From Phycisphaerae bacterium (GTDB lineage Bacteria; Planctomycetota; Phycisphaerae; UBA1845; PWPN01): a DNA stretch of 64,000 nucleotides. The stretch spans positions 3,319-67,318 of the forward strand of contig JAAYDF010000161.1 in the NCBI GenBank assembly GCA_012729395.1, given 5' to 3'. The notes beneath the pieces were generated by a model. That model was not told the DNA's origin. It worked only from the letters and a program-made list of their open reading frames with translations, and searched no databases. The position numbers were made by a program, and so were the translations under genes. Below are positions 53,166 to 62,340 of the stretch, piece after piece. How positions within the stretch are numbered: position 1 is the stretch's first letter; every line of letters starts with the position of its first letter.

Positions 53166-53194
53166 CCGTAGCGGTCGCCCCCCCGTGGCGACGG
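53166..53194. repeat. Second copy of the GGTCGCC-C(n)-GTGGCGAC hairpin unit
   Basis: ccgtagcggtcgcccccccgtggcgacgg matches 4201..4226 apart from one extra C. It is preceded by ggccgttcgcg (compare ggccgttcacg at 4159). It lies about 50 nt downstream of the stop of the 53240..55126 gene. Confidence 0.55.
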
Positions 53195-53239
53195 CCGCAC
53201 ATCTTGTCACTTGCGCCGGCCGCCACGGAAACACGGCCT

Positions 53240-55126
53240 CTACAGGGCGCTTTCAATCCGGCCGGTCGCCGCCTGCGGATTGTTCTTCAGATAGATCCGG
53301 TACAACTCGAAGAACGTCGGGGCATCGAGCAACTCCATCCGCGGGTTCGCCTCCCGCACTCTCTCATAGACCGATGCGTACCAGTCCGGCGAATTCAGAA
53401 TGGACCTGAACCAATGGAACGGCAGTTTGCGGACGCCCACCCGAGCCATGACCACTTGCGCCGCCTGCTCCGGGGCTCCGCCAAGATCATAGTCGAATTG
53501 CAGCACAGGCATATTCCCATGCAGCAACGAGGCCGGGCTCTTCTGCGGCACAATGCCGTTCGGGCTGAATGAGGCGTAACAGTCCAGCCCCGCCGCGCTC
53601 AGGCCCGGGGCGAACCCGTCGATAATAAAACCCGTGATCGTCAGATCCCATCGCCGGTACATCGGCTGGCAATGCTTCGCCCAAGCCGCCAGACCGCACG
53701 GCAATCCCGAGATATCCCGCGGCTCGTGCAGCATCCCCGGGTTGAGATACCCCGCCCCGTTGTCCGCCACCGCGAAGTAATCGTTGGGCGTCCCCGTCCG
53801 CCGCAGGTAGTCCAGCACCATCGGCGCCCGCCGCTCCGCCAGCGGCGTCATGCACCACATCAGTGGAATGCCGCCTCGGGCCGGGTGGTCCCACAACCGC
53901 GGCAGAGTCTGGTAGATCCACGCCGCTGAGTCGAAATCGCCCACGTAGAATATCATGAACTCTCGCCCGTCGAAGTTCACCTGCCCCTCGGCTGTCAGGT
54001 AACCCCTGGCCCGAAGCTCCTCGTGCGTCACCCAACGCTGCGAGTAGCTGTCGCGCAACGGGAAGTGCGTGAAGAACGACGCGTTGGCCATCGCTCCGTA
54101 CTCGATCGCGTCCGCGTCCACGTACGCGTTGTACGCACTGCAAATACGCACCATCTCCCATTCCGTGGCCACCCCGCCATGCTTGCCACCCGCGTTCCCG
54201 TGGTCTGTGTACTTGAACGCCCAGGGCGTGAAGCCGCCGACATGGATCATCCGCTCCTTGCCCCCCTGCCGGTAGGCGCTGAGCAGCATCGCCTTGAGCG
54301 TCTCCAGATCGGTGCCCGGCCGCTGCCCAGGGTCATCATTCGGGGCTTCGTCCGGCCAGACATGCAAGTCGAAGAACCACCCCTTGCGAGCAACGAAGAA
54401 GTCGTGGTTGCTCAGTGTATGGTGGTTCGGGTGCGACGCCCGCGGATAACGCATCCACCACGGATCGATGTAGTAGCCAGCATACGTCGCGTCCACCTTG
54501 CCCGTGTCCAGGTAGAGATGCTTGAGCCACAGGTACGCGTCGCACTTGGCGCTGCCCGTCGAGGGGATGTCCGTGCCGGGAATCGTGCCCCGGCCCGTGA
54601 ACATCGGGCTGCCGTCCTCGTTCATCAGGCGGCGAACAACCGGCAACCGCGGGCCGATCGTCACCACCATGGTATACAAGCTGTCCGGCCGAGGATCGTA
54701 CCGAATCGCGATCAGGTTCTCGACACCGGCAATCGTCGAGGCCAGGTTGCTTGTGGCCGGCACACGTGGGTCATACACCACCGCTCCATTGATCCGCCCG
54801 CGGTAGTGTTTCACCAACGCCATGATGTCGCGGATCTCGTTGACCGGCCGGCCGTGCAGCCATTGCCCGGGCTCCGACATGCGCTTGAGCCAATAGTCGT
54901 CGATGTTCAGGCCACGCGATTCCACGAGCCGCACATACAGGCTCGGCCCCTCCCGATTGACAATCCCCTGCAACGTGGCCACCGCGTGGCAATGATCCCA
55001 GGCGTCCGCGACCTCGGTCGGCTTGTTCGCGTCGAACCTCAGCGTGTAAGTCAGGTCGTACACCTGGATCGGCTCGGCCGGCACCTCACCCAGCAAGGCC
55101 ATCGCACAAACCATGGGCAACCACAT
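53240..55126 (-). CDS. GxGYxYP-family putative glycoside hydrolase, secreted
   Basis: 628 aa. N-terminal signal-like MWLPMVCAMALLGEVPA. Near-match to the family signature in ..VADNGAGYLNPGM... The overall size fits the GxGYxYP (PF14323-type) family. Moderate confidence in the family call. Confidence 0.7.
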   Translation of the reverse strand: MWLPMVCAMALLGEVPAEPIQVYDLTYTLRFDANKPTEVADAWDHCHAVATLQGIVNREGPSLYVRLVESRGLNIDDYWLKRMSEPGQWLHGRPVNEIRDIMALVKHYRGRINGAVVYDPRVPATSNLASTIAGVENLIAIRYDPRPDSLYTMVVTIGPRLPVVRRLMNEDGSPMFTGRGTIPGTDIPSTGSAKCDAYLWLKHLYLDTGKVDATYAGYYIDPWWMRYPRASHPNHHTLSNHDFFVARKGWFFDLHVWPDEAPNDDPGQRPGTDLETLKAMLLSAYRQGGKERMIHVGGFTPWAFKYTDHGNAGGKHGGVATEWEMVRICSAYNAYVDADAIEYGAMANASFFTHFPLRDSYSQRWVTHEELRARGYLTAEGQVNFDGREFMIFYVGDFDSAAWIYQTLPRLWDHPARGGIPLMWCMTPLAERRAPMVLDYLRRTGTPNDYFAVADNGAGYLNPGMLHEPRDISGLPCGLAAWAKHCQPMYRRWDLTITGFIIDGFAPGLSAAGLDCYASFSPNGIVPQKSPASLLHGNMPVLQFDYDLGGAPEQAAQVVMARVGVRKLPFHWFRSILNSPDWYASVYERVREANPRMELLDAPTFFELYRIYLKNNPQAATGRIESAL

Positions 55127-55638
55127 GCGCTATCCTCCATTCCCAATCCAAACCCCGAAACGCCGCGCCAGGATAGCATGAACCGTCCGCGATTGGCACC
55201 ACGCACAACTCGCCGTTGAAACGCCGCCGCCGCCTCGCCCGTCGCCAACCGCAACCTTTCGCGAGTCGAACCGCCCAGGAGCACCGGTTGGAGCAGGATG
55301 GAAAAGGGATGAGTCCAATCACTGACGTGGCATCAACACCAACGATGTTGGCGCCTCTCGGCCACTCGTCACTGTAGCGTCCGAGGACCGCCTCTTCTTT
55401 GCCGGCCCAAGCGTTTTCTGCACGACTTAGCCGTCCGACGGCATGTCGGCGTCATCACGTCGGAACGGCATCAAGGCAAGAAAACGCCCCCCGCTTTCCG
55501 CCGGCCACTTACGCGAAATCGGCGTAACCTGCAGAGCCGCGACCATAAGGGAGCGGTCTTGGACTGCTTCCTCACGGCCGCGGCTCTGTGACCGCGCGAA
55601 CATGGGGCTGCAAAAAAGCGTTGCCTGCGGGCGTCCGG

Positions 55639-56676
55639 TCAATCGTCGCTGAAGGCCGCGTCAAAGGCGACCTGCGAGGGGGCGAAGTCCACCTTGCGGA
55701 CGAACTCGCAGGCCTCGGCGGCGCCGTGCTCGCGGTCCATGCCACCATCCTCCCACTCGACCGACAGCGGGCCGTCGTAGTTGGCCCGGTTGAGCGCCCG
55801 GATGATCGCGTCAAAGTCGATGCGCCCGTGGCCCAGTGAGCGGAAGTCCCAGAAGCGGTCAGGATGCCCGAAATCGGTGTGCCCGCCGAACACGCCCACC
55901 CGCGTGGGAACATCCGACCAGCCAACGTCCTTCATGTGCACGTGGAAGATGCGGTCGCCGAACTCGCGAATGAAACGCACGTAATCGACGCCCTGGTAGC
56001 CCAGGTGGCTGGGGTCGAAGTTGAAGCCGAACCGCTTGTGCCCGTTGACCGCCTCGATAGCCCGGGCGGCACTGGCGATGTCGAAGGCAATCTCCGTCGG
56101 GTGCACTTCCAGGGCGAAGTAAACATCGACCTGCTCGAAAACGTCGAGAATCGGCAGCCAACGCTTGCCGAAATCCTTGAACCCGTCCTCGATCTGCCCC
56201 GGCAGGACCGGCGGGAAGGAGTAAAGCAGATGCCAGATGCTGCTGCCGGTGAAGCCGTTGACCACCACGCGCTTGGTCTTCTTGCGAATGGCGACCGGGG
56301 CGGCCTCGAAGAACTTGCGGACCGCGCGGGCGGTGTCCATCATCTCGGCGGCCGCACGCCTGCGCACACCCTCGGGCTTGCCGTCGCCCCACACGTGCGG
56401 CGGCAGAATAGACTTGTGCCGCGGATCGATCAGATCGCACACCGCCTGCCCAACCAGATGGTTACTGATTGCGTAGCAGTCGATCTTGTTCTTCTGCAGC
56501 GTCTCCCACTTGCGTTTGCAGTAGCTGCGATCCTCGAGTGCCTTGCTGACCTCGAAATGATCGCCCCAGCACGCCAATTCCAGTCCGTCGTAGCCGAACT
56601 TCTTGGCTTTCTTGCAGAGTTGATCCAGCTTGAGGTCCGCCCACTGTCCGGTGAAGATTGTGACCGGTCTTGCCAT
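55639..56676 (-). CDS. Sugar phosphate isomerase/epimerase (xylose isomerase-like TIM barrel)
   Basis: 345 aa. [43 protein letters not shown].., ..FALEVHPTE.., ..HVHMKD... Confidence 0.85.
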   Translation of the reverse strand: MARPVTIFTGQWADLKLDQLCKKAKKFGYDGLELACWGDHFEVSKALEDRSYCKRKWETLQKNKIDCYAISNHLVGQAVCDLIDPRHKSILPPHVWGDGKPEGVRRRAAAEMMDTARAVRKFFEAAPVAIRKKTKRVVVNGFTGSSIWHLLYSFPPVLPGQIEDGFKDFGKRWLPILDVFEQVDVYFALEVHPTEIAFDIASAARAIEAVNGHKRFGFNFDPSHLGYQGVDYVRFIREFGDRIFHVHMKDVGWSDVPTRVGVFGGHTDFGHPDRFWDFRSLGHGRIDFDAIIRALNRANYDGPLSVEWEDGGMDREHGAAEACEFVRKVDFAPSQVAFDAAFSDD

Positions 56677-56888
56677 GGTCAGGCCATCCTTTCCTGTAGC
56701 AGAAGCCCACGAGTTGGGGAGTTCCTCGATGGCAACTCGCCCGCCCGGCCCAACCGTGCCGGGAGCGGAATCATACCATGACTATGACCGACACCGCAAC
56801 GCCGACATAACCTTTTACTGGACAACACGTTACAAATATCCGTAGCGAGCCAGACTCCCCGGGATAGCCAAACCCTCTGGCTGATGAC

Positions 56889-57857
56889 TCAAAGACCCGC
56901 AGCTTGGCATACCTCCCCGATGACCTGCACCGAGTGTGCGAACGCCGCCATCTCCTGGGCATCCATAGGGACTTCGAGTACCCGCTGGACACCATGGCGG
57001 CCGACCAGGCAGGGCACGGAAAGACACACGTCAGTCAGACCGTGGTAGCTTTTCAGGAGGTGAGAGACCGTAAGGACCGCGTTCTCGTCACGGCGGATGG
57101 CCTCGATAATCCGCGCCACCGCCAGCCCGATCGCCCAGTTGGTAGCCCCCTTGGCCGCGATGATCTCCCCTGCCGCGGTCCTGACCTGCTCCGCGATCTC
57201 CCTCCGGTCGGCAGGACTGAGCAACCGTCCGCGGGCATCGGGCACCTGCAGCAAGGGCGTGCCGCCAACGTCGGCACCCGACCACAGCGCCAGCTTGCTG
57301 TCGCCGTGCTCTCCCACGATGTAGGCATGGATACTGCGCGGGGCCACTTCGAGCCGCTCCGCCAGCAACGACACAAACCGAGCACTGTCCAACACCGTAC
57401 CCGAGCCGAGCACCCGTTGCGGGCCACCGGTATGCAGCATCGCCGCCAAGCAGGTCAACACGTCGACCGGATTCGAGACAACGAGCAGAATGGTGTGCGG
57501 AGCGACCGACGTGATCGCGGGAATCAGTTCTTTGAACAGGGCGGCATTGGCGTGTGCCAGATCCAGCCGCGACTGGCCGGGCTTCTGCTTGCTGCCAGCC
57601 GTGATGACGACGATTTCCGCCTCCGCGCAGTCCGCGATCGAACCCGCCCAGATCCGTACGCTGGGCACGAACCGTCGGCCATGATTGAGATCCTGCACCT
57701 CGGCTCGGCACTTCGACTCATCGCGATCGATAAGCACGATCTGCGAAACCAACCCCCGAAGCATAACCGCGTAGGCAATGGTCGAACCAACCGAACCCGC
57801 ACCGACGATCACAATCCGGCCCGGCTGAGTAACGGCCGGCACTGGCTCATTGGGCAT
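56889..57857 (-). CDS. ldh: L-lactate dehydrogenase
   Basis: Track ORF 56889..57869. ATG 57857 has ggagg 6 nt upstream. ..IVIVGAGSVGST.., ..GSKQKPGQSRLDL.. (Gln at the substrate-specificity position, hence LDH rather than MDH), ..SNPVD.., ..IVGEHGDS... Confidence 0.85.
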   Translation of the reverse strand: MPNEPVPAVTQPGRIVIVGAGSVGSTIAYAVMLRGLVSQIVLIDRDESKCRAEVQDLNHGRRFVPSVRIWAGSIADCAEAEIVVITAGSKQKPGQSRLDLAHANAALFKELIPAITSVAPHTILLVVSNPVDVLTCLAAMLHTGGPQRVLGSGTVLDSARFVSLLAERLEVAPRSIHAYIVGEHGDSKLALWSGADVGGTPLLQVPDARGRLLSPADRREIAEQVRTAAGEIIAAKGATNWAIGLAVARIIEAIRRDENAVLTVSHLLKSYHGLTDVCLSVPCLVGRHGVQRVLEVPMDAQEMAAFAHSVQVIGEVCQAAGL

Positions 57858-57883
57858 GGCAACCTCCACGCTTCTTCCCGGCA

Positions 57884-58006
57884 GAAAATGGTGTCAGGAT
57901 GATTTTTCGCTGAGTATAACCTTGTTCTGGATTTGCGTCCCTGCGCCCCCCAAGAATCAGCCTTCCTTTGCCTGCCCCGCAAAAATCATCCTGACACCTT
58001 TTTTCG
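57884..58006. repeat. Inverted-repeat element, copy D
   Basis: Perfect 18-bp arms ggtgtcaggatgattttt (57890..57907) and aaaaatcatcctgacacc (57981..57998) with a 73-nt loop. It lies between the ldh start and the stop of the 58119..61196 gene. Confidence 0.85.
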
Positions 58007-58118
58007 CCCAGAACCTCATGACAGCATGGGCGAACGAACACGGGCGGCTGGGGACTTGCGACCTCAGCCGCCCGTGAGGTATGCATCCATTTACAATCGC
58101 GGACCGCGCAATCCCGGC

Positions 58119-61100
58119 CTAGTTCGGGCTGACACGGACATTGTCAATCAACCCGAAGAGCAGTTGATTGGGGTCGGTCGCGACCGTGGCATTGATGTCA
58201 TACTGATTGAACAGAATGTTCCCGCCACCGAGGGCCACGGTGGTCAGATCGACAAACACCAGCGGCGTCCCCTCGACGATCCAGATGGCGAAGTTGCCTG
58301 ACTTGACAACCTTCACATGCCGCCAGGCGAAACCGCTCGCGCCGACGTCCGTCACCCCGGTCTGACTAGAGAACAATGCCAGCTGCGTTGCCGGCGCGCC
58401 TTGGCCCCCAAAGACCGAGTAATACGGATGAGTTGAGTTGCGATTCGTCAGTTCCGGACCCGCAATGTAAACGGACGAGCCGTCCTGGTAGCTCGTGGTC
58501 GCGGCGGACGAGTAGGCGCGGAAGTCAGCGGAGGAACCGCCGTCGCCCGTCATGCCGAAGTGCACGCTATCGATTGCTGCTCCCGATCCGGCCCAGGTGG
58601 CCACGCCGCCCGCCGTGCCGATGCCCAGTCCGGTCACTTGCGTCGAGCCGACGCCGCCTCCGTTAAGCGGCCCGTTGTAGTTCAACCACATGTAGCACTC
58701 GAGCGTGTAGTCTCCCGAGAAGCTCTGCCCTGCCGGCGACACACTCAGCCCGCTGAACGTCGCTCCCGTCACGTTGGCCGCCAGGCGCAAACCCCGAGTC
58801 GTCCCGTTAGAACCCGGTGCTGCCGGGATACCCACTGTGGAGTAATCGAAGAAGAAGTTCGCGCTGCTGCCGTCCGGGTTCGGGCCCTTATTAACGACCC
58901 AGTTCGCGGTGTGATCCACGTCGAAGTCCTCAAAGAAACTCGCTGCCTCGCCATCGCAGTCCGGATCCGCCGGTATGGCCGCCCCGCTGAAGCAAGCCAT
59001 GAAGGTATTCGGCTGCGGGTTCCAGGGGTCACCGAGATCCACGGCATTCACCACATCATTGCCGTCACGATCGAAACATCGGCAGGCAGGATCAGTGTAG
59101 AACTCCAGGCCGGAGAAGCACGACTGGAACACGCCGAAATCGTACATATCCACGTCGCCGTCTCCGTCCGAATCGGCGAACGGATCGTGGCAGGGAATCT
59201 CAACTACCAGCAAGGTCGCTACGGTACTGCTCGCCGACTGCCCGCAGGTATCGGTCACCACGGCGTGGAGCTTCGCCCCACTTCCCGAAACCGCCACATT
59301 GTGCAGCATCAAATTGGCGGTCGTCGCCCCCACCACGTTGACACCATCGTCGGTAAGATTGACGTCGTTCATCCGCCACTGGTAGCTCAGCGTCGGGCTC
59401 GGCGTCACCGCGCTGCTGGCTCCCACGCTGAAACCGACGCTATCACCTGCCGTGACCATCTGGGTTTGCGGATTGGCCGTGATCGTCGGTGCGGCATACA
59501 TCGCCAGCAACGCCTCCTCGCTCGGGGTCGTGCCGTTGGAATCCGTGACTTCCACCCGGTAAACGCCCAGGTCACCCGCGTCGACCGGCGAGATGGTAAG
59601 CTGGTTGGTTGTGACGCCTGAGTAGTGGCCGCCGTTTGCCAGCGGGCTGTTGTTCTTGAGCCACAGGTAGCTGAGCGTCCCCGTGCCCGTCGCCGTCACG
59701 CTGAGCTGCACGCTCGGCACCCCGGGGCTGCAGACCGTCTGACTCTGCGGATTTGTCAAGATGGTCGGGCCGGCCGTCGTGAAGGTCCCGGATTGCGTCG
59801 TGGAACTGTTGGCCCCGGTCGGCGGGGACCAGACGCGCAGACGAGCGTGCCCGCTGGTGACCAGGTACACGTTGCCCACCGCGTCGAGATCAATACCTCT
59901 GCTGTAGGCAGCCGATCCGCTCGCAACCTCGACCCGCGACGCCAGGTCGGGCAACCCGGTGCCCGGATCGATCGGCACGATCATCGTCTGCGAAGCGTAC
60001 TTGGCGATCGCCATCATCGAGCCATCGGAAGTCAACGCGATACCGCCGTAACACTGCCGCAGATAATCATTGGCCCCCGGGTCAATCGCATGGGTGGCGG
60101 CCAGCGAATCCCACAAAATCGTGCCGCCGTCAGGAGAAAGCACGAATACGCTGGCCACGTCGGAACCCTCGTAACGATACTGCATCAAAAACAACTTGCC
60201 ATCCGGAGCTCGGGCGACATCGCAGATCACGTCGAAGACCGCAAGCAACGGGCTGTTCAGAAGCGTCGGCGGGTTGGTACTCGGCAACGGACCGGCGTTC
60301 ACATCCCACCGCATCAGGCTGTTGATCGGACTCGGGTAGTCCTCGTCGATCGCGTAGATCTGCAAGTCACCGCCCGCGAGCGTTCCGACCGGAACGGCCG
60401 AACCCACGATGCTCCCGTGCACGCTCGAGAGGCCACCACTGGCACGATCGCTGCTGTCGAGAACATCAACCGCCCCGTTGACGTCCGGGTCCGCCATGTA
60501 CACCCCCGAGTGGGCATCGGAGTAGTCCGCGATGAACAGACTGTCGTCTTCGCCAACCCTCAGGCGGAAGGGGCTGTTGGCACTCAGCGTCCAGTCCTGG
60601 CCGCCGGTCCGGGCGGTGAAGCCTTGCCCAACATCAGAATCCGAACAGTCCGCATTCCGCATGTAGATGCCATCACCAAGCGTCGGACCACCGGAGACAG
60701 TCCCCGCTACCGAGTTACTGACGTAGATGCGCCCGTAATACGGGCTCTCGGGGTTTCTGTTGACCGCCACGCCGCGAAGGCTGTTGTACTTGTTGTTGTC
60801 ATCCGCGTCGTCGCTGATCTGGGTCCAGATGGCGTGACCATCGTCGCTCGCGGTGATTTCGAAGTAGTACTCACCTTGCGGAACTGGATTGCTCACATCG
60901 TCGGTCTTGTCCCACATCCAGGTCGACGCCCCCCGGCGCGTCCCGGCCGCCGGTGCCGTCAACTGCACCGTCTTGACGGCCACATGATCGCTCGCCCTGA
61001 GAACGCGAATCTGCACGCCGGGGTTACCCCCGCTGCCATCCGCGTCCTCATTCAGAATGTAGCGAACCGTCACGCCCCCCGGGGTCACGCTGGTGATCTT

Positions 61101-61196
61101 GACCGCGGAGGGAAAGATGTTTGCATCAGCCGTCGCAACCGCTATGGCGGCAATCAGCGCAGCTCCACAGAAACACCGATGAGACACGAGTGACAT
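58119..61196 (-). CDS. Large secreted multidomain protein (FlgD-Ig-like, beta-propeller-like, 2 x Ig-like, EF-hand/dockerin-like, C-terminal LamG/jelly-roll-like)
   Basis: Track ORF 58119..61505. ATG 61196 has AAAGGAG 7 nt upstream and gives MSLVSHRCFCGAALIAAIAVATADA (signal peptide). Two Ig-like repeats (..LSYLWLKNNSPL..YRVEVTD.., ..LSYQWRMNDVNL..LHAVVTD..). DSDGDGDVDMYDFGVFQSCF is a Ca-binding dockerin/EF-hand-like motif. Confidence 0.85.
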   Translation of the reverse strand: MSLVSHRCFCGAALIAAIAVATADANIFPSAVKITSVTPGGVTVRYILNEDADGSGGNPGVQIRVLRASDHVAVKTVQLTAPAAGTRRGASTWMWDKTDDVSNPVPQGEYYFEITASDDGHAIWTQISDDADDNNKYNSLRGVAVNRNPESPYYGRIYVSNSVAGTVSGGPTLGDGIYMRNADCSDSDVGQGFTARTGGQDWTLSANSPFRLRVGEDDSLFIADYSDAHSGVYMADPDVNGAVDVLDSSDRASGGLSSVHGSIVGSAVPVGTLAGGDLQIYAIDEDYPSPINSLMRWDVNAGPLPSTNPPTLLNSPLLAVFDVICDVARAPDGKLFLMQYRYEGSDVASVFVLSPDGGTILWDSLAATHAIDPGANDYLRQCYGGIALTSDGSMMAIAKYASQTMIVPIDPGTGLPDLASRVEVASGSAAYSRGIDLDAVGNVYLVTSGHARLRVWSPPTGANSSTTQSGTFTTAGPTILTNPQSQTVCSPGVPSVQLSVTATGTGTLSYLWLKNNSPLANGGHYSGVTTNQLTISPVDAGDLGVYRVEVTDSNGTTPSEEALLAMYAAPTITANPQTQMVTAGDSVGFSVGASSAVTPSPTLSYQWRMNDVNLTDDGVNVVGATTANLMLHNVAVSGSGAKLHAVVTDTCGQSASSTVATLLVVEIPCHDPFADSDGDGDVDMYDFGVFQSCFSGLEFYTDPACRCFDRDGNDVVNAVDLGDPWNPQPNTFMACFSGAAIPADPDCDGEAASFFEDFDVDHTANWVVNKGPNPDGSSANFFFDYSTVGIPAAPGSNGTTRGLRLAANVTGATFSGLSVSPAGQSFSGDYTLECYMWLNYNGPLNGGGVGSTQVTGLGIGTAGGVATWAGSGAAIDSVHFGMTGDGGSSADFRAYSSAATTSYQDGSSVYIAGPELTNRNSTHPYYSVFGGQGAPATQLALFSSQTGVTDVGASGFAWRHVKVVKSGNFAIWIVEGTPLVFVDLTTVALGGGNILFNQYDINATVATDPNQLLFGLIDNVRVSPN

Positions 61197-61849
61197 GTTG
61201 ACGCTCCTTTCACGCTTCCGATGATCGCCCAGCCCCACGGCCGAAGCGAACCAACCAAGCGGTACCGCGCACACGCTCGCGGGATCTCTGAAGAATTGAT
61301 GACTTGCGGGATGATAGCGCCGCGGCAGGACAGAAAGGTGCTGGGGGCGGGCGTCAGGCGACTCAGGTCCGCCCTCCATCACACCCATTCCCACCGGTGG
61401 CTCGGCGCTGGAACCCCCTTGCGCGGGGCCATCCCGCCTCGCCGGTAGCCCGTGCATGGCCCACGGGCAACGTGAACGCATTATACCCCCGCAATCCCGG
61501 CACACGCAAGGCCCTGATTGAGAATATCCGGTTCGATTTTAGATCCCCAAGGGGGGGCCCACTCGGAAGGCATGGCCGCCCTGGTATCCGATCGACCCGC
61601 GAAAGGCTCACCGCCCCAGTGTCCCGATGCCCAACCCGCTCAACAGTGACCCCGAGCAGGATCAACACAACTGAAGTGTAAGGCGCAAGCAAAAACGGCC
61701 AGAAAGCGACAAAGCCCGAAAAAAAGCGAGAGGGCCGTAACCCGCGGTTCTGACGCACCTTATGGCGGTTGGGAGGCAAAACCGGGCGGATTGGGCTTTG
61801 CGCCGAAAACAGGCGTCGTCCCTAACATTTGCCTAACACGCTGCCACTA

Positions 61850-62340
61850 TTGCCTGCGCGGGCCGGGCGGGAGGCGGGGAACACAAGCGGCGGTGTGACA
61901 AGTGGTTACGGGCGATCCGGGCGGCGGATGGGGGGCGAATCGGGCCGGGGGACGCGGACAGGCCGCGCGGACAAACGGACACGAACGGACACGAACGGAC
62001 ACAAAGGGGGCACTCCATATTGGGTAGTCGGTCGGGGAAGGGACGGCTTGGCCGGCGGGGGTGTCGGGGGTGACGGGGTGCCGCCGTGGGGGATGAGGGG
62101 GAAACGAAGGGGCTTCGGGCCGGCCTCGACCGGCCTTCGGCGCCTCGCCGAAGAGCGCTCCACGGGCCGGCCGCTGGGCTCGGTGGGCGGCCTGGTCGCT
62201 GGCCGGGGGGCCGGCCTGGCTGGGGCACCAGAGGTGGGCGGTCGGGGCGAGAGCACGCAGAGTGTAAGGACACCGCGGCCGGTGGCGGGGGGCGGGGGCG
62301 TGGGCGGCCTGGTCGGCCGGGCGGTCAGGGGGCGGCTTGG
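61850..62340 (+). other. Strongly G-skewed, G-run-rich non-coding tract (G-quadruplex-prone on the plus strand)
   Basis: For example, 62041..62100 contains 37 G against 11 C by direct count. There are dozens of GGG-GGGGGG runs. A 10-bp tandem ac(g/a)aacggac occurs about 3.5 times at 61971..62005. All six frames are open only because A/T is scarce. Confidence 0.6.

Noticed and set aside
61197-61505. 103-codon N-terminal extension of the 58119..61505 ORF
   Set aside because: The internal ATG at 61196 has a textbook AAAGGAG SD and starts a canonical signal peptide. The upstream part has neither feature.
61528-61540. tRNA or tRNA-fragment (att-site) candidate: ccGGTTCGATTtt, resembling a T-loop
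   Set aside because: The flanking bases cannot form the 5-bp T-stem or an acceptor stem on either strand. A similar check of gagtcgaaccgcc near 55265 also failed. I found no tRNA in the window by eye; tRNAscan-SE or ARAGORN should confirm this.
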